Origin: a phage
Length of the DNA stretch: 46,874 bases
Sequence record: PZ445467.1
Direction: 5' to 3' (one strand)
Shown: positions 1-9,308 of the stretch, in pieces
How positions within the stretch are numbered: the first letter of the stretch is position 1
How the letters are laid out: each line of letters begins with the position of its first letter
Translations under genes and position numbers: made by a program
Notes under the pieces: model-generated
Databases searched by the model: none
Told to the model about the DNA's origin: nothing
Seen by the model: the letters and a program-made list of their open reading frames with translations, nothing else

Positions 1-1425
1 ATGGCTCGTAAACGACTCTCCGCGCTGGCAATCGAAAAACTTGAACAGGTAGTTGGCAACTCAACTGCAAAGCCTGAATCAGCAGTTTTTGGGCTTGTAG
101 ATAAGTTACTTCAGGATGGTTCTCCCAGTGTCGTAAAGCGACTTAAGATGACAGCCACTGGGGTATCTGAAACTGATGAAGAGCCAACAATATTAATTCC
201 TGAGCGGATGGAGCTTATCCTTTACCCACGGCGCTTTAAGGTGTTTTATGGTGGTAGGGGCAGTTCCAAGAGCCGAACGTGTATATCCTACCTTATCGAA
301 AAGGCAAGGTTCCGCAACAGTCGCGTTGGTTGTTTTCGTGAGATACAGAACTCAATCAAAGAATCAAGCTATGCAGAGCTGGTCGATGAGATAAACAGGA
401 AGGGGCACGCTCAGGAATATCGTTGCGTTGATGGTGAGATAACGCACCACTCAACGAGATCAAAGTTTGTTTTCCGTGGACTGTGGCGAAATATAACCGC
501 CATCAAGGGTATGGCTGGTCTGACTGATGTATTCTGCGAAGAGTCTGAAAACATCAGTCAGGTGTCATGGGATACGCTGATTCCAACAGTTCGCGCCGCT
601 GGCTCTGAAATTATTATTGTTTTTAACCCAAATAAAGAGACAGACCCGACGTGGACTAACTTTGTTGAGCCTTACATCGACAAGATGGTTGATGGCATAT
701 ATCAGGATGATGACATAGTTGTTGTTAATGTTAACTACGTCCACAACCCGTGGTTCACGGAAGAACTTAAACAGCATATGAACCAGATGAAGGCGGTGGA
801 TTATGACCGCTATCTGTGGGTGTATGAAGGATTATTCAACAAGCGGTCTGAGGAAGCTGTGCTTGGCGGGAAATGGCAAACGCTGGACTTCGAGCCATCT
901 CCCGAATGGGGAGGGCCATATTATGGCATTGACTTTGGTTTTTCTCAGGATGCAACCGCAGCAACAGAATCATATGTAGAAGATTTGGGAGATGGGCGCA
1001 GAAATCTATATATCTATCGTGACTTTGCAAAGGTTGGCCTTGAGATAACTGACACGCCAGAAGCGATGCGCTCAGCATTCCCAAATTCAGAGAAGTACAG
1101 GTGGTATGGGGATTGCGCAAGGCCTGAAACAATAAGCCATATACGACGATCTGGATTCGATATTCATCCGTGCGCAAAATGGCCGGGTAGCATTGAGGAC
1201 GGGATTACGTGGCTGCGTGGGTGTGACAGAATTTACGTACACTCAAGATGTAAGCACGTCATTGAAGAGATGACAATGTACAGCTACAAGGTGGATAAAT
1301 TAACAGGAAACATACTCCCTGACATAGTTGATAAGTACAATCACGCGATTGATAGCCTACGCTATGGCCTTGGTGACCACATCGTTCAGCGCGGTAGCGG
1401 AATGCTAATCCGGCGCAGGCGATAA
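1..1425 (+). CDS. terL: terminase large subunit (may be 5'-partial at window edge)
   Basis: 474-aa ORF; Walker A-like YGGRGSSKS near N-terminus; size typical of TerL. Confidence 0.8.
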   Translation: MARKRLSALAIEKLEQVVGNSTAKPESAVFGLVDKLLQDGSPSVVKRLKMTATGVSETDEEPTILIPERMELILYPRRFKVFYGGRGSSKSRTCISYLIEKARFRNSRVGCFREIQNSIKESSYAELVDEINRKGHAQEYRCVDGEITHHSTRSKFVFRGLWRNITAIKGMAGLTDVFCEESENISQVSWDTLIPTVRAAGSEIIIVFNPNKETDPTWTNFVEPYIDKMVDGIYQDDDIVVVNVNYVHNPWFTEELKQHMNQMKAVDYDRYLWVYEGLFNKRSEEAVLGGKWQTLDFEPSPEWGGPYYGIDFGFSQDATAATESYVEDLGDGRRNLYIYRDFAKVGLEITDTPEAMRSAFPNSEKYRWYGDCARPETISHIRRSGFDIHPCAKWPGSIEDGITWLRGCDRIYVHSRCKHVIEEMTMYSYKVDKLTGNILPDIVDKYNHAIDSLRYGLGDHIVQRGSGMLIRRRR

Positions 1426-1441
1426 ATCCGCATAACCACAC

Positions 1442-1481
1442 TTGACCAATCTACACCGAGCGCATAGTATAATCTACATCA
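1442..1481 (+). promoter_or_regulatory. sigma70-like promoter (TTGACC 1442-1447, TAGTAT 1465-1470) overlapped by two copies of the conserved ATCTAC motif
   Basis: -35/-10 hexamers with 17-bp spacer; motif copies at 1447-1457 and 1471-1481; 21 bp upstream of ATG 1502. Confidence 0.45.
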
Positions 1482-1501
1482 TGCTTACCGGAGATATTAC
1501 T

Positions 1502-1708
1502 ATGCGCAGCTATGCAGGATTCACACAGGAGGAAAAAGAGCAGGTTTATTCACTGGCGCGCGCTGGTGTGCCTGATGAGGTGATTTGCCGTCGGTATGAC
1601 ATCGACGAGGATTTTCTGCTGCGCGTTCTGGATGATGTCTTCGTTAACCTGCAAGAGAGGCGCGGGTACAAGGGTATCTGCTGCAAGAATGATTTTTTGA
1701 GAGGGTAA
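1502..1708 (+). CDS. hypothetical protein (68 aa)
   Basis: ATG with GGAGA 7 nt upstream; within track ORF 1442..1708. Confidence 0.5.
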   Translation: MRSYAGFTQEEKEQVYSLARAGVPDEVICRRYDIDEDFLLRVLDDVFVNLQERRGYKGICCKNDFLRG

Positions 1709-1709
1709 T

Positions 1710-2117
1710 GTGTTTAATAATAAATTAAAGAAAAGAATCCGTGACGCTGCGGATAAGAAATACACCAAAAAGATTGACATATCATTCATCGACGGTGCTG
1801 GATTGTACAATCACGCCTGCCACCTGAATGCAGTGAACCGTGCGCGGGATGGTAGCTCGTGCGCAGTGGTTGAGGTGGTTATAATTAATGATGATGGCGC
1901 AACAGCTCATTACATCAATATGCAGTCGGACGGTTCTTATGTTGATTACACGCTCGGCTGGCACTGGTCTGGCGCTGATTACCGATTTGTGCGATTTGTT
2001 CCGTTTACTGAATGGTCGGATATTACAGGCTCGTTAAGCAGACTGAAGGCCGGGCTGTGCAGGTCAGTGGCTAAATGGCAGAAGTTGTTGATGATAACTG
2101 ATGGTGAACTTTGCTGA
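1710..2117 (+). CDS. hypothetical protein (135 aa, GTG start)
   Basis: ORF abuts previous stop; no in-frame ATG near the start. Confidence 0.45.
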   Translation: MFNNKLKKRIRDAADKKYTKKIDISFIDGAGLYNHACHLNAVNRARDGSSCAVVEVVIINDDGATAHYINMQSDGSYVDYTLGWHWSGADYRFVRFVPFTEWSDITGSLSRLKAGLCRSVAKWQKLLMITDGELC

Positions 2118-2126
2118 GGTGATGTG

Positions 2127-2300
2127 ATGAAAATCGAAGGTGATTACGGGCAGTATATTATGATTGATAAGGATTTTGAATACGGAAGCGATCTACTAGT
2201 TGTCAGGCAGACAGGTGATGTAATAGTTGTTGCAATTGAGCAAGCAGAGCAACTAATCGAAGTCCTGCAACGCTGGGTTAATGGTGAGGAGATTGAGTGA
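2127..2300 (+). CDS. hypothetical protein (57 aa)
   Basis: ATG after GAGGTGA; stop overlaps next start; below ORF-track size cutoff. Confidence 0.4.
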   Translation: MKIEGDYGQYIMIDKDFEYGSDLLVVRQTGDVIVVAIEQAEQLIEVLQRWVNGEEIE

Positions 2301-2485
2301 TGAGCGTTTATTTTATTCATGCTGAAGTGCTTGGTGGTGGCGATATTGTTACCAAGGTTTGCGCGATAGCTACGACATCAAACGCCAATGAAGCGTTTGA
2401 TTGGTTTTTAGGTCAGGAATTGGTTGCAAAATACGAAATAAAAGGCTACGACGTCATCATTGATAAACTTGAAAAGGTGGAGTGA
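2300..2485 (+). CDS. hypothetical protein (61 aa)
   Basis: ATG 8 nt after GAGGAG; coupled to neighbours. Confidence 0.45.
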   Translation: MSVYFIHAEVLGGGDIVTKVCAIATTSNANEAFDWFLGQELVAKYEIKGYDVIIDKLEKVE

Positions 2486-2685
2486 TGGATAGAAAACATC
2501 TTCACGAAATGGCGGTCGAACTTAGAAAAAACTTTGAGAGCATCTGGTTTGATAGTCATGATAAATTCAATAAGCAGTATCAGGTTTACGCAAAATGCAG
2601 AGGGTTAGTGATTGGTGATAGAATGGAAAATGCCGTACTCCATCATAGCAACGCCACTATGCACAGGCGAGCATTCGACTACTGA
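2485..2685 (+). CDS. hypothetical protein (66 aa)
   Basis: ATG after AAGGTGGAG; ATGA-type overlap with previous stop. Confidence 0.45.
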   Translation: MDRKHLHEMAVELRKNFESIWFDSHDKFNKQYQVYAKCRGLVIGDRMENAVLHHSNATMHRRAFDY

Positions 2686-2697
2686 TACCATGCTATA

Positions 2698-2725
2698 ATC
2701 CCATCCAACGTGATGGGATTTTTTA
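2698..2725 (+). terminator. rho-independent terminator
   Basis: 8-bp perfect stem ATCCCATC/GATGGGAT, 6-nt loop, followed by TTTTTT. Confidence 0.6.
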
Positions 2726-2735
2726 TTGGTGACAT

Positions 2736-4148
2736 ATGTCAAAAATTGATGCATTAAACGCCTATATACGCGACCGCGTGGCGAACAATAACCGGGCGCT
2801 TCAGCAGCAGCGGCTTTGTGCTGGCGGGAAGAATCTGGACCAGAAACGTGAGTTCATGTGGAAGGAACTGGGCTACCCGCAGGAAATAACCGCCGAGATG
2901 TTCCGCTATGCATACGAGCGACATCCAGCCGCCGCCGCTGGCATTAACCGCATTATTAATAAATGCTGGCAGAAATATCCTGAAGTGGTCGAAGATGGCG
3001 AGGATGATAAGAACTCAACGCCGTGGGAGTTGTCCATCAACGATATGATGAAGCGTGCCTATCCGTTCATCAAAGAGGCCGACAAGCGCAACGCCATCAA
3101 CAGATACTCCGCTGTTATCCTGCAAATCCGCGATGGTCGCCAGTGGAGTGAGCCGGTAGACATCACCAAAACCCGCCGCATTAAAGATAAATCCATTGTT
3201 CGCTTTATCCCAGTATGGGAAGAGCAACTCCGCGTCAGCGCATGGAATAACGATGAAACAAGTGAAGACTACGGCATGCCTGAGATGTACGAATATCAGG
3301 AAAGCGCCGTAGAGGATTTCGATAGCGACGGCAAGCCTGAGCGTTCCGTGCAGATTCATCCTGATCGCATTATCATTCTGGCAGAGGGTAGCTTCGATGG
3401 CAGTATGTTCAGTGGCATCCCGATGCTACGTGCTGGCTACAACAGCCTTATCGACATGGCTAAGGTTTCCGGTAGTTCAGCAGAAGGCTTCCTGAAGAAT
3501 GCCAGCCGTCAACTGGCTGTTAACTACACGAAGGACAACGTAACGCCAGCAAGCCTTGCACAGTCAATGGGTGTATCTCAGGATGAGCTTATTGACATCA
3601 TGAATGACAATATCGAGATGCTGAATTCTGGCATTGACGCTGCACTATTTAGCATGGGCGCCGAGACTCAGGTGTTATCCGTAACGCCAGCTGACCCGAA
3701 ACCAACATGGGAAGTGGCTGCCAACCAGTTCGCTGCATCAATGGCGCTTCCGTTCACCGTCATTTTCGGGCAGCAAACCGGACGCCTTGCGAGTGATGAA
3801 GACAAGATGCAGGAGGCGATGACTGCCAAGCAGCGCCGAGAAACATGGGTGGATTATGTTATCTCAATGTTCGTTGAGCGCATGATTCAGTTCGGCATCG
3901 TCGATAAAGCACCGGAAAATGGCTACAAGGTTAAGTGGGACGACCTGCTTGCTCCATCAGAGCTGGATAAGGCGGAGTTGCTGTCTAAGCTCGCCACTGC
4001 GAACAAGTCGTTCTTTGATGCTGGTCAATCTGCGTTGCTTACCGTCGATGAGGCTCGCGGCATGGTTGGTATGGAGCCGATTGAACTTGATGAAAGTTAT
4101 CGCGAAGACACGCCACCGGAAGATGAAAATGAAGATACTCCGGTTTAA
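2736..4148 (+). CDS. portal protein
   Basis: 470-aa ORF in the canonical position downstream of terL; size typical of portal proteins. Confidence 0.7.
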   Translation: MSKIDALNAYIRDRVANNNRALQQQRLCAGGKNLDQKREFMWKELGYPQEITAEMFRYAYERHPAAAAGINRIINKCWQKYPEVVEDGEDDKNSTPWELSINDMMKRAYPFIKEADKRNAINRYSAVILQIRDGRQWSEPVDITKTRRIKDKSIVRFIPVWEEQLRVSAWNNDETSEDYGMPEMYEYQESAVEDFDSDGKPERSVQIHPDRIIILAEGSFDGSMFSGIPMLRAGYNSLIDMAKVSGSSAEGFLKNASRQLAVNYTKDNVTPASLAQSMGVSQDELIDIMNDNIEMLNSGIDAALFSMGAETQVLSVTPADPKPTWEVAANQFAASMALPFTVIFGQQTGRLASDEDKMQEAMTAKQRRETWVDYVISMFVERMIQFGIVDKAPENGYKVKWDDLLAPSELDKAELLSKLATANKSFFDAGQSALLTVDEARGMVGMEPIELDESYREDTPPEDENEDTPV

Positions 4149-5082
4149 CGCAAGACTTCCGCAGCCGCGCATATCGCAGAGCCTGACCGACCCGTTAGGC
4201 GCTGCAACCCGCATGTCGAAGATGGACAAGGTGATAACGCGCAAATATAAGCAACTCAGGACTCGTGCGCTTGAGTTGTTTCGCACCATTCCGCATAGTC
4301 AGACTAACGCAGAATCAAGCGGTCTGTATTTCTATGATTTCAGTAGTGCGCGCGCCGCTACTTTCATGGATGAGTTGCAGGCGCTGATTGACGAGATTCT
4401 GCTGGAAGGTGACGACTTCAGTCACGGCAGGATGTGGGCCAATGTGTTCATCGGTGATGCGTATCAGGCAGGAACGCAGAAGGCCAACTCTGAACTATCA
4501 AGCCTGTCTCCGGTTTATGCCGAGCAAAGGCCTATTGCCGCGATACTCTACAGTGAGCCATATCTGAATCGGCTGCGGCTTGCGTATACAGCTGGTTACT
4601 CGGACTGGCGAGGATTGAGTGATTACTCACGCCAACAACTGGCATCCGTCATTATGGAAGGCATTGCCCGTGGTGCCAATCCTCGAGATGTTGAGGCTGA
4701 TATTGTTAAGCGTGTTGACGTGTCACATAGTTACGCGAAGCAGATAGCGCAGACTGAAATCACCGGAACGCTGCGGCAGGCTAACAGGAGAGAAGTCATT
4801 GAGGCTCGCGAGGAATTAGGTATTGAAACGGTGATGCTGTGGCAATCGGCATTATTGCCTGGTCGAACGAGATTTACTCACGCGGCACGGCACGGGCGGT
4901 TTTACGCGCCAGAGGAGATTGACACGTTCTATAGCGAGAATGGCAATAGATATAATTGCCACTGTGCACAAGTACCAACATTGATAATGGATGGCAAGCC
5001 AGTCATTCTTGAGTCGTCGCAGGAAAGGCTTGATAAGCAGCGTGAAGCGTGGCAATCAGCCAATAAAAAGCCCTCTAAGTGA
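4129..5082 (+). CDS. head morphogenesis protein (Mu F / SPP1 gp7-like)
   Basis: ORF overlapping portal 3' end; ATG 4129 has GGAAG 6 nt upstream (alternative ATG 4123 or 4213); position and size fit MuF-like minor head protein. Confidence 0.6.
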   Translation: MKILRFNARLPQPRISQSLTDPLGAATRMSKMDKVITRKYKQLRTRALELFRTIPHSQTNAESSGLYFYDFSSARAATFMDELQALIDEILLEGDDFSHGRMWANVFIGDAYQAGTQKANSELSSLSPVYAEQRPIAAILYSEPYLNRLRLAYTAGYSDWRGLSDYSRQQLASVIMEGIARGANPRDVEADIVKRVDVSHSYAKQIAQTEITGTLRQANRREVIEAREELGIETVMLWQSALLPGRTRFTHAARHGRFYAPEEIDTFYSENGNRYNCHCAQVPTLIMDGKPVILESSQERLDKQREAWQSANKKPSK

Positions 5083-5098
5083 GGGCTTGGTTTTATCT
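5069..5098 (+). terminator. rho-independent terminator
   Basis: stem AGCCCTC/GAGGGCT overlapping the stop codon, followed by TGGTTTTAT. Confidence 0.55.
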
Positions 5099-5104
5099 TA
5101 TCAG

Positions 5105-5182
5105 CATACACAGAACGAATATTATTATCGCATACACAGAACGAATATTATTATCGCATACACAGAACGAATATTATTATCG
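5105..5182. repeat. three perfect tandem copies of a 26-bp unit CATACACAGAACGAATATTATTATCG
   Basis: read directly: units at 5105-5130, 5131-5156, 5157-5182; intergenic between convergent genes. Confidence 0.9.
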
Positions 5183-5217
5183 CATAGCACAATATCTCTA
5201 CGACGCTGAATATTGTT

Positions 5218-5826
5218 TTAATCATCAAGTTTCACGCCGGGAATTTTGCCTGCTGCGATGGCTTCATAAATTAGCTTAGCCTCATCCTCGCGCTTGTAAT
5301 CTTGCGCTACCATTTCTAATACCGCGCAGATAGATTCAAGTACAGCCTCATGCTTCCTTTCTGCTTCTGTGCGAAATGGGATGAAAACATCCTTATTGGA
5401 TGGGGTTATTGCGTAGTAAATCTCACCAGATGGTCTGATAACTATTTTTTCGCCATCAAGACCAATAACCTTGACTTTTCCCCATGACGTTCCGTTGCTG
5501 ATATACTCACATTCACACCCAACTGGCGGCAGTCCTTCTCCGTTCCATGCTGAATTTTTCGATGCTGCGAGTGCTGCTTTGTATTGCCAATAGGTTACTA
5601 TCGACTCCTTATGGTCGGAAGATAATTGCGTAGCCCATTCTTCTCCATACCAGAAATGCACAAGGCTATTTCCTGTGTGATGTTTCCATGAGAACCCATC
5701 ATAGTGTGGGTCATTTGTGTCCCATGCGCACAGCGAACCGTCATTATCTTGAGTAATTGACAGCGCGTTTTGAGGCCACCAACCACGCTTAGGCAATTCT
5801 TGAACTAACAGGTCGATAAGTTTCAT
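5218..5826 (-). CDS. hypothetical protein (202 aa)
   Basis: ATG preceded by GGAGAA; last gene of a four-gene leftward block. Confidence 0.55.
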   Translation of the reverse strand: MKLIDLLVQELPKRGWWPQNALSITQDNDGSLCAWDTNDPHYDGFSWKHHTGNSLVHFWYGEEWATQLSSDHKESIVTYWQYKAALAASKNSAWNGEGLPPVGCECEYISNGTSWGKVKVIGLDGEKIVIRPSGEIYYAITPSNKDVFIPFRTEAERKHEAVLESICAVLEMVAQDYKREDEAKLIYEAIAAGKIPGVKLDD

Positions 5827-5838
5827 TTTTGTTCTCCG

Positions 5839-6054
5839 TTAATAATTTGGCTTTACGTCTTTCATTGTTAGTGGCTTCCATCCACTTGCGATTGCAATAT
5901 CAATACAATCCTCAAGCGTTTCAGCTTTTATTGGCTCACCAACTTCACTATCATCAAATTTTCTCTGTATTTGATAGCCATCTACGACATAAAGAATCTC
6001 TACAGAACCATGTAGTGTGTGCATCGACTCAAGCCATTGCAGGTGGTAGCTCAT
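5839..6054 (-). CDS. hypothetical protein (71 aa)
   Basis: ATG start; ATGA overlap with upstream gene stop. Confidence 0.45.
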   Translation of the reverse strand: MSYHLQWLESMHTLHGSVEILYVVDGYQIQRKFDDSEVGEPIKAETLEDCIDIAIASGWKPLTMKDVKPNY

Positions 6055-6320
6055 TTTGTTCCCCCTAATGCCTTATTAACCGCAGCACGCGCATTATCTA
6101 GAGCGCGGCGCTTACTTGATGTTGTCCAGACTTTGCCGGAGTGGTCGTCGTAGATTTCCAGTAGTTGCTGGAGTGCTGATAGCATGGCCTTGTTATTATC
6201 GTGGCAATACCCAACAGAAAAGCCATGCCATAATTCATCCTTTTCTCTATCGGTCATGTCGCCAAACCCAACCGAATCAAACCATTCAATAAATAATTGG
6301 TACACTTCGCGTTGCGTCAT
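6051..6320 (-). CDS. hypothetical protein (89 aa)
   Basis: ATG at 6320 preceded by GAGG; track ORF extends to a GTG at 6332. Confidence 0.5.
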   Translation of the reverse strand: MTQREVYQLFIEWFDSVGFGDMTDREKDELWHGFSVGYCHDNNKAMLSALQQLLEIYDDHSGKVWTTSSKRRALDNARAAVNKALGGTK

Positions 6321-6328
6321 TATCAACC

Positions 6329-6490
6329 TCACTTAATATATTCAATAATCTCAACTTCACGCATCTGCACCAGACTAAATGGCGCAACCACTTTGCCGCA
6401 TGGGCGGATTTTGATTTGCTCAAGGCCGAACATTCCGCAGCGTCCGTTTTCTTTGAATTTGACCATTACCATAATTTCTTCCTCACTCAT
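6329..6490 (-). CDS. hypothetical small protein (53 aa)
   Basis: ORF MSEEEIMVMVKFKENGRCGMF...; no clear SD; below ORF-track cutoff. Confidence 0.3.
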   Translation of the reverse strand: MSEEEIMVMVKFKENGRCGMFGLEQIKIRPCGKVVAPFSLVQMREVEIIEYIK

Positions 6491-6577
6491 CGTTTGATGT
6501 AGATACTATGCACCACCACTCAATCTACGTCAATAGCCATTGTGATAGAATTAATCATTATTTGAACAGGAGGCAGA
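6491..6577. promoter_or_regulatory. divergent promoter region with two copies of the ATCTAC motif
   Basis: motif at 6521-6533 (+) and inverted copy at 6496-6506; TGTGATAGAAT -10-like at 6541-6551; AGGAGG SD before ATG 6578. Confidence 0.5.
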
Positions 6578-6856
6578 ATGAAACTATCGCAACGCGGCAT
6601 GGAGGTGTTTGGAATTACCGATGCCGTAGATATATCGCCTTACATCACCACTGAGACAACACAGAATCAGTTTGATGCGCTGACAAGCCTTGCCACCGAC
6701 ATCGGCATTGACTCGTTCCGCAAATCAACGCTTCTGAAGAAACACAATCTCCGCTGCTTCTCATGTGTCGTCGCGCATTTCATCGTGTGGGGTGAGAAGA
6801 CTGGCGACAAAGCAAAATGCAAGGCTGAAAAAGAGGTTTACTGGTATGGCTATTAG
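6578..6856 (+). pseudogene. 5'-truncated GH24 (T4/P22 gp19-type) lysozyme remnant, 92 aa
   Basis: QNQFDALTSL...IGIDSFRKSTLLKKHNL resembles the C-terminal half of P22-type lysozymes; N-terminal catalytic region absent; intact SD and ATG. Confidence 0.45.
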
Positions 6857-7310
6857 CAAAAACATGAAGGCGTTTCTGGATATGCTGGCGTACAGCGAGG
6901 GCACTGATAACGGGCGGCAGAAAACCAATAATCATGGTTATGATGTGATTGTTGGCGGCTCACTGTTTACCGACTATTCCGATCACCCGCGCAAGCTGAT
7001 TAGCCTGCCTAAGCTGGGCATCAAATCCACTGCCGCCGGGCGCTATCAGGTGCTGGCTAAATTTTATGATGCGTACAAAAAGCAACTGCGCCTGCCTGAC
7101 TTCTCCCCCGCGTCACAGGACGCTATCGCAATGCAACTAATCCGTGAATGCAAAGCCACCGCCGATATTGAGACTGGTCGCATTGCTGATGCTATCCATA
7201 AATGCCGCTCCCGCTGGGCTTCATTACCGGGCGCTGGCTATGGTCAGCATGAGCAGAAGCTGGATAAGTTGATTCAGGTATACAAAGAGGCTGGCGGAGC
7301 TGTGGCATGA
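6846..7310 (+). CDS. endolysin, lambda R-type lytic transglycosylase
   Basis: 154 aa; FLDMLAYSEGTDNGRQKT.NHGYDVIVGG.LFTDYSDHPR and WASLPGAGYGQ closely match lambda R; GAGG SD. Confidence 0.9.
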   Translation: MAISKNMKAFLDMLAYSEGTDNGRQKTNNHGYDVIVGGSLFTDYSDHPRKLISLPKLGIKSTAAGRYQVLAKFYDAYKKQLRLPDFSPASQDAIAMQLIRECKATADIETGRIADAIHKCRSRWASLPGAGYGQHEQKLDKLIQVYKEAGGAVA

Positions 7311-7546
7311 AAAAGCTAAGCAACTGGCTGCTCGGCGCGTGGATTTCATTCTGCTCACTATTGCAGCTATGGCCTGATGCAATGATGCACGTGTGGGTAA
7401 TGATGCCGGACGACCTGAAAGCGGCGCTACCGCCAATCGTGGTCAAAGGTGTAAGCTACTCCATCATGCTGGTTGGTATTCTCGGAAAAATGCACGGCAT
7501 GAGGAAGGAGAACCGGAGGCTGCGCAATGATGTCAATTCTCGCTAA
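7307..7546 (+). CDS. small membrane protein with two hydrophobic segments and basic C-terminus (holin/antiholin candidate)
   Basis: ATGA overlap with endolysin stop, GGAG SD; sits between endolysin and spanins. Confidence 0.4.
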   Translation: MKKLSNWLLGAWISFCSLLQLWPDAMMHVWVMMPDDLKAALPPIVVKGVSYSIMLVGILGKMHGMRKENRRLRNDVNSR

Positions 7547-8018
7547 ATACTGGCGACCACTGGCAATTATTATAATTGTTGTCTCTGGCGCGTTGTGGGC
7601 GCGTAGCGAAATCATCAGCTACGGCGACCAACGATACGCAGAAGGCAAATCCCAAGCAATCGCCGAACAGAAGGCCGCAGACGAACAAGAGGAGCAACGA
7701 CGCAATGCAGAACTGCAAAAGATTCAGGCTGACGCACAGCAAAGGATTGACGCTGCGCGCAATGATGCTGTCAATGCTGCTGCTAAGTCTGGCAGGTTGC
7801 AGCAACAGCTCGCAAATATCCGCAAGCAGCTCGTCGGATATTCCACCGCTGAGTCCATTGGCAATCCAGCCGCAGAAACCGGAGTTTTGCTTGGAGACGT
7901 GCTCGGCAAATCTGTCGAAAGAAATCGACAACTGGCAGATTATGCTGACAGGGCAAGAGAGGCAGGATTAGCGTGTGAGGCGCAGTATAATTCGCTGCGT
8001 AATAAAAAAGCCCCGTGA
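7527..8018 (+). CDS. Rz: i-spanin (Rz-like)
   Basis: N-terminal TM segment then Ala/Gln-rich coiled-coil region; GGAGG SD; follows endolysin. Confidence 0.65.
   Translation: MMSILAKYWRPLAIIIIVVSGALWARSEIISYGDQRYAEGKSQAIAEQKAADEQEEQRRNAELQKIQADAQQRIDAARNDAVNAAAKSGRLQQQLANIRKQLVGYSTAESIGNPAAETGVLLGDVLGKSVERNRQLADYADRAREAGLACEAQYNSLRNKKAP
7762..7971 (+). CDS. Rz1: o-spanin (Rz1-like lipoprotein) embedded in +1 frame of Rz
   Basis: MMLSMLLLSLAGC lipobox signal, Pro/Ser-rich 69 aa, wholly inside Rz. Confidence 0.55.
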   Translation: MMLSMLLLSLAGCSNSSQISASSSSDIPPLSPLAIQPQKPEFCLETCSANLSKEIDNWQIMLTGQERQD

Positions 8019-8036
8019 TGGGGCTTGTGTTTAATT
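8003..8036. terminator. bidirectional rho-independent terminator
   Basis: stem AAGCCCC/GGGGCTT flanked by A-run and T-rich tract between convergent genes. Confidence 0.6.
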
Positions 8037-8157
8037 GGTTTGTTAAGATTCTTCCCGCTGCTTCCACATCTGTTTCAGCTGGAAATAAGCATACGCTTCA
8101 TCACCATCTTTCGCATTGCGCTCCATTTGCTCACACCATGCCGATGGTTTTGGCGGC

Positions 8158-8463
8158 TCACTCTGCTGGCAATGTTGTTGGCTCATTAACAGATTCCTCA
8201 ACCGCAGATTCAACGATGCGCACCAGTGAGCACTCAAGATTCGGTGCATTGTAATTACCAGCCAGAAACAGAACACTGCCGGTGCTGATTAATACCTGCT
8301 TTGCGTTCGCCTGTGACAGATTCTGCACGATGAATTGCGCTGTTTCCGTGCCGATTTTTAGCACTGCGCTGCCGTCGCTGTTCAGTGATACCAGTTGTGC
8401 TGAAGTGTCGGTAATATTGGTGTAGCTCGCGTTTCGTTGCGCGATTGTTATGTCTGTGAACAT
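8158..8463 (-). CDS. hypothetical protein (101 aa)
   Basis: ATG preceded by AAGAGG. Confidence 0.5.
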   Translation of the reverse strand: MFTDITIAQRNASYTNITDTSAQLVSLNSDGSAVLKIGTETAQFIVQNLSQANAKQVLISTGSVLFLAGNYNAPNLECSLVRIVESAVEESVNEPTTLPAE

Positions 8464-8464
8464 A

Positions 8465-8686
8465 TTAGCCTCTTACGTTTAATTTGATTTTTCCATCCAC
8501 GTCGCGTGATGCACACTCAACAGTGATTGTTAACTTGGTGATCTCTTCGACGTCTGCATCAAGAATCAAGCGGACGCAACCACCAACTATTCTACCATCC
8601 TGATCAACAACGCGAATTTTATCATCGACTCTTTCAACGTGGAGCCAAACCTTTTCTTCATCACAGCCATTATTGAGAATTGACAT
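8465..8686 (-). CDS. hypothetical protein (73 aa)
   Basis: ATG with TAATG overlap to upstream stop. Confidence 0.45.
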   Translation of the reverse strand: MSILNNGCDEEKVWLHVERVDDKIRVVDQDGRIVGGCVRLILDADVEEITKLTITVECASRDVDGKIKLNVRG

Positions 8687-9117
8687 TATTTAATCTCCAG
8701 TTCTTTTGCGCGAATTGCGCTGTCAATGATGTCTTGCAAATCCTGTTCGCGCGATTTATGTCCGCGCTCGCCAGCCTGTAATGCCTTCTTGATTAAGTGC
8801 TGCAATGCAGGGTTGGTGACATTCCACGCCATGAGCACATCGTATACGTCAACAAATATACCCGGCTTAATCTCGTGCAGGTATTTGTTATCAGCCTCAG
8901 GAGCGCCAATGCAATCATTGAGGTCTTGTTCGTCGGTAATTGGCTCGCGGTATGCAATAACAACATCCCCGCGACCCTCAATCACTTCAATGCGATCAGC
9001 ATAATATTTGCTTAGATAGAAAATCTCACCAGTCCTTTCTGACTTAACTACAAGATAAGCCGCGTTATGGCCAGCAAAATCATCCTCATAACCTTTCAGA
9101 TATTTCCATTTTTTCAT
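8686..9117 (-). CDS. conserved phage protein of unknown function (143 aa)
   Basis: ORF coupled to neighbours; C-terminal AxQHxIKK...RGxK-like signature, family not verified. Confidence 0.5.
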   Translation of the reverse strand: MKKWKYLKGYEDDFAGHNAAYLVVKSERTGEIFYLSKYYADRIEVIEGRGDVVIAYREPITDEQDLNDCIGAPEADNKYLHEIKPGIFVDVYDVLMAWNVTNPALQHLIKKALQAGERGHKSREQDLQDIIDSAIRAKELEIK

Positions 9118-9308
9118 TTCATCGTCACCCGATTATTTTCATCAACATTAAAATTATCACGAATCAAATCGTACATCTCATCCTTCGGCATATCAGCCAG
9201 CGCCACATAGCAACGGGCAAAGTAGCGAACATCACGGAGTGTCAGCGGCTGCCGCTTCTCCACAATGCTGGTGATAATGTCCATCGGCTCGCGTCGTGGT
9301 CTTGGCAT
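9114..9308 (-). CDS. hypothetical protein (64 aa), first gene of leftward block
   Basis: ATG preceded by AGGAG. Confidence 0.5.
   Translation of the reverse strand: MPRPRREPMDIITSIVEKRQPLTLRDVRYFARCYVALADMPKDEMYDLIRDNFNVDENNRVTMK

Noticed and set aside
3015-3359. 114-aa ORF antisense to the portal gene, and similar antisense or alternative-frame ORFs in terL, the TMP, helicase and tail genes
   Set aside because: Embedded in well-supported genes, no start signals, no recognisable features; treated as chance ORFs.
5105-5182. Possible CRISPR array
   Set aside because: Only three units, perfectly tandem with no spacers, AT-rich unit without the usual repeat palindromicity; not a CRISPR array.
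7576-7971. Full 131-aa ORF embedded in Rz
   Set aside because: Only the C-terminal 69 codons, starting at the ATG with the lipobox signal, make sense as Rz1; the upstream part is out-of-frame Rz sequence.
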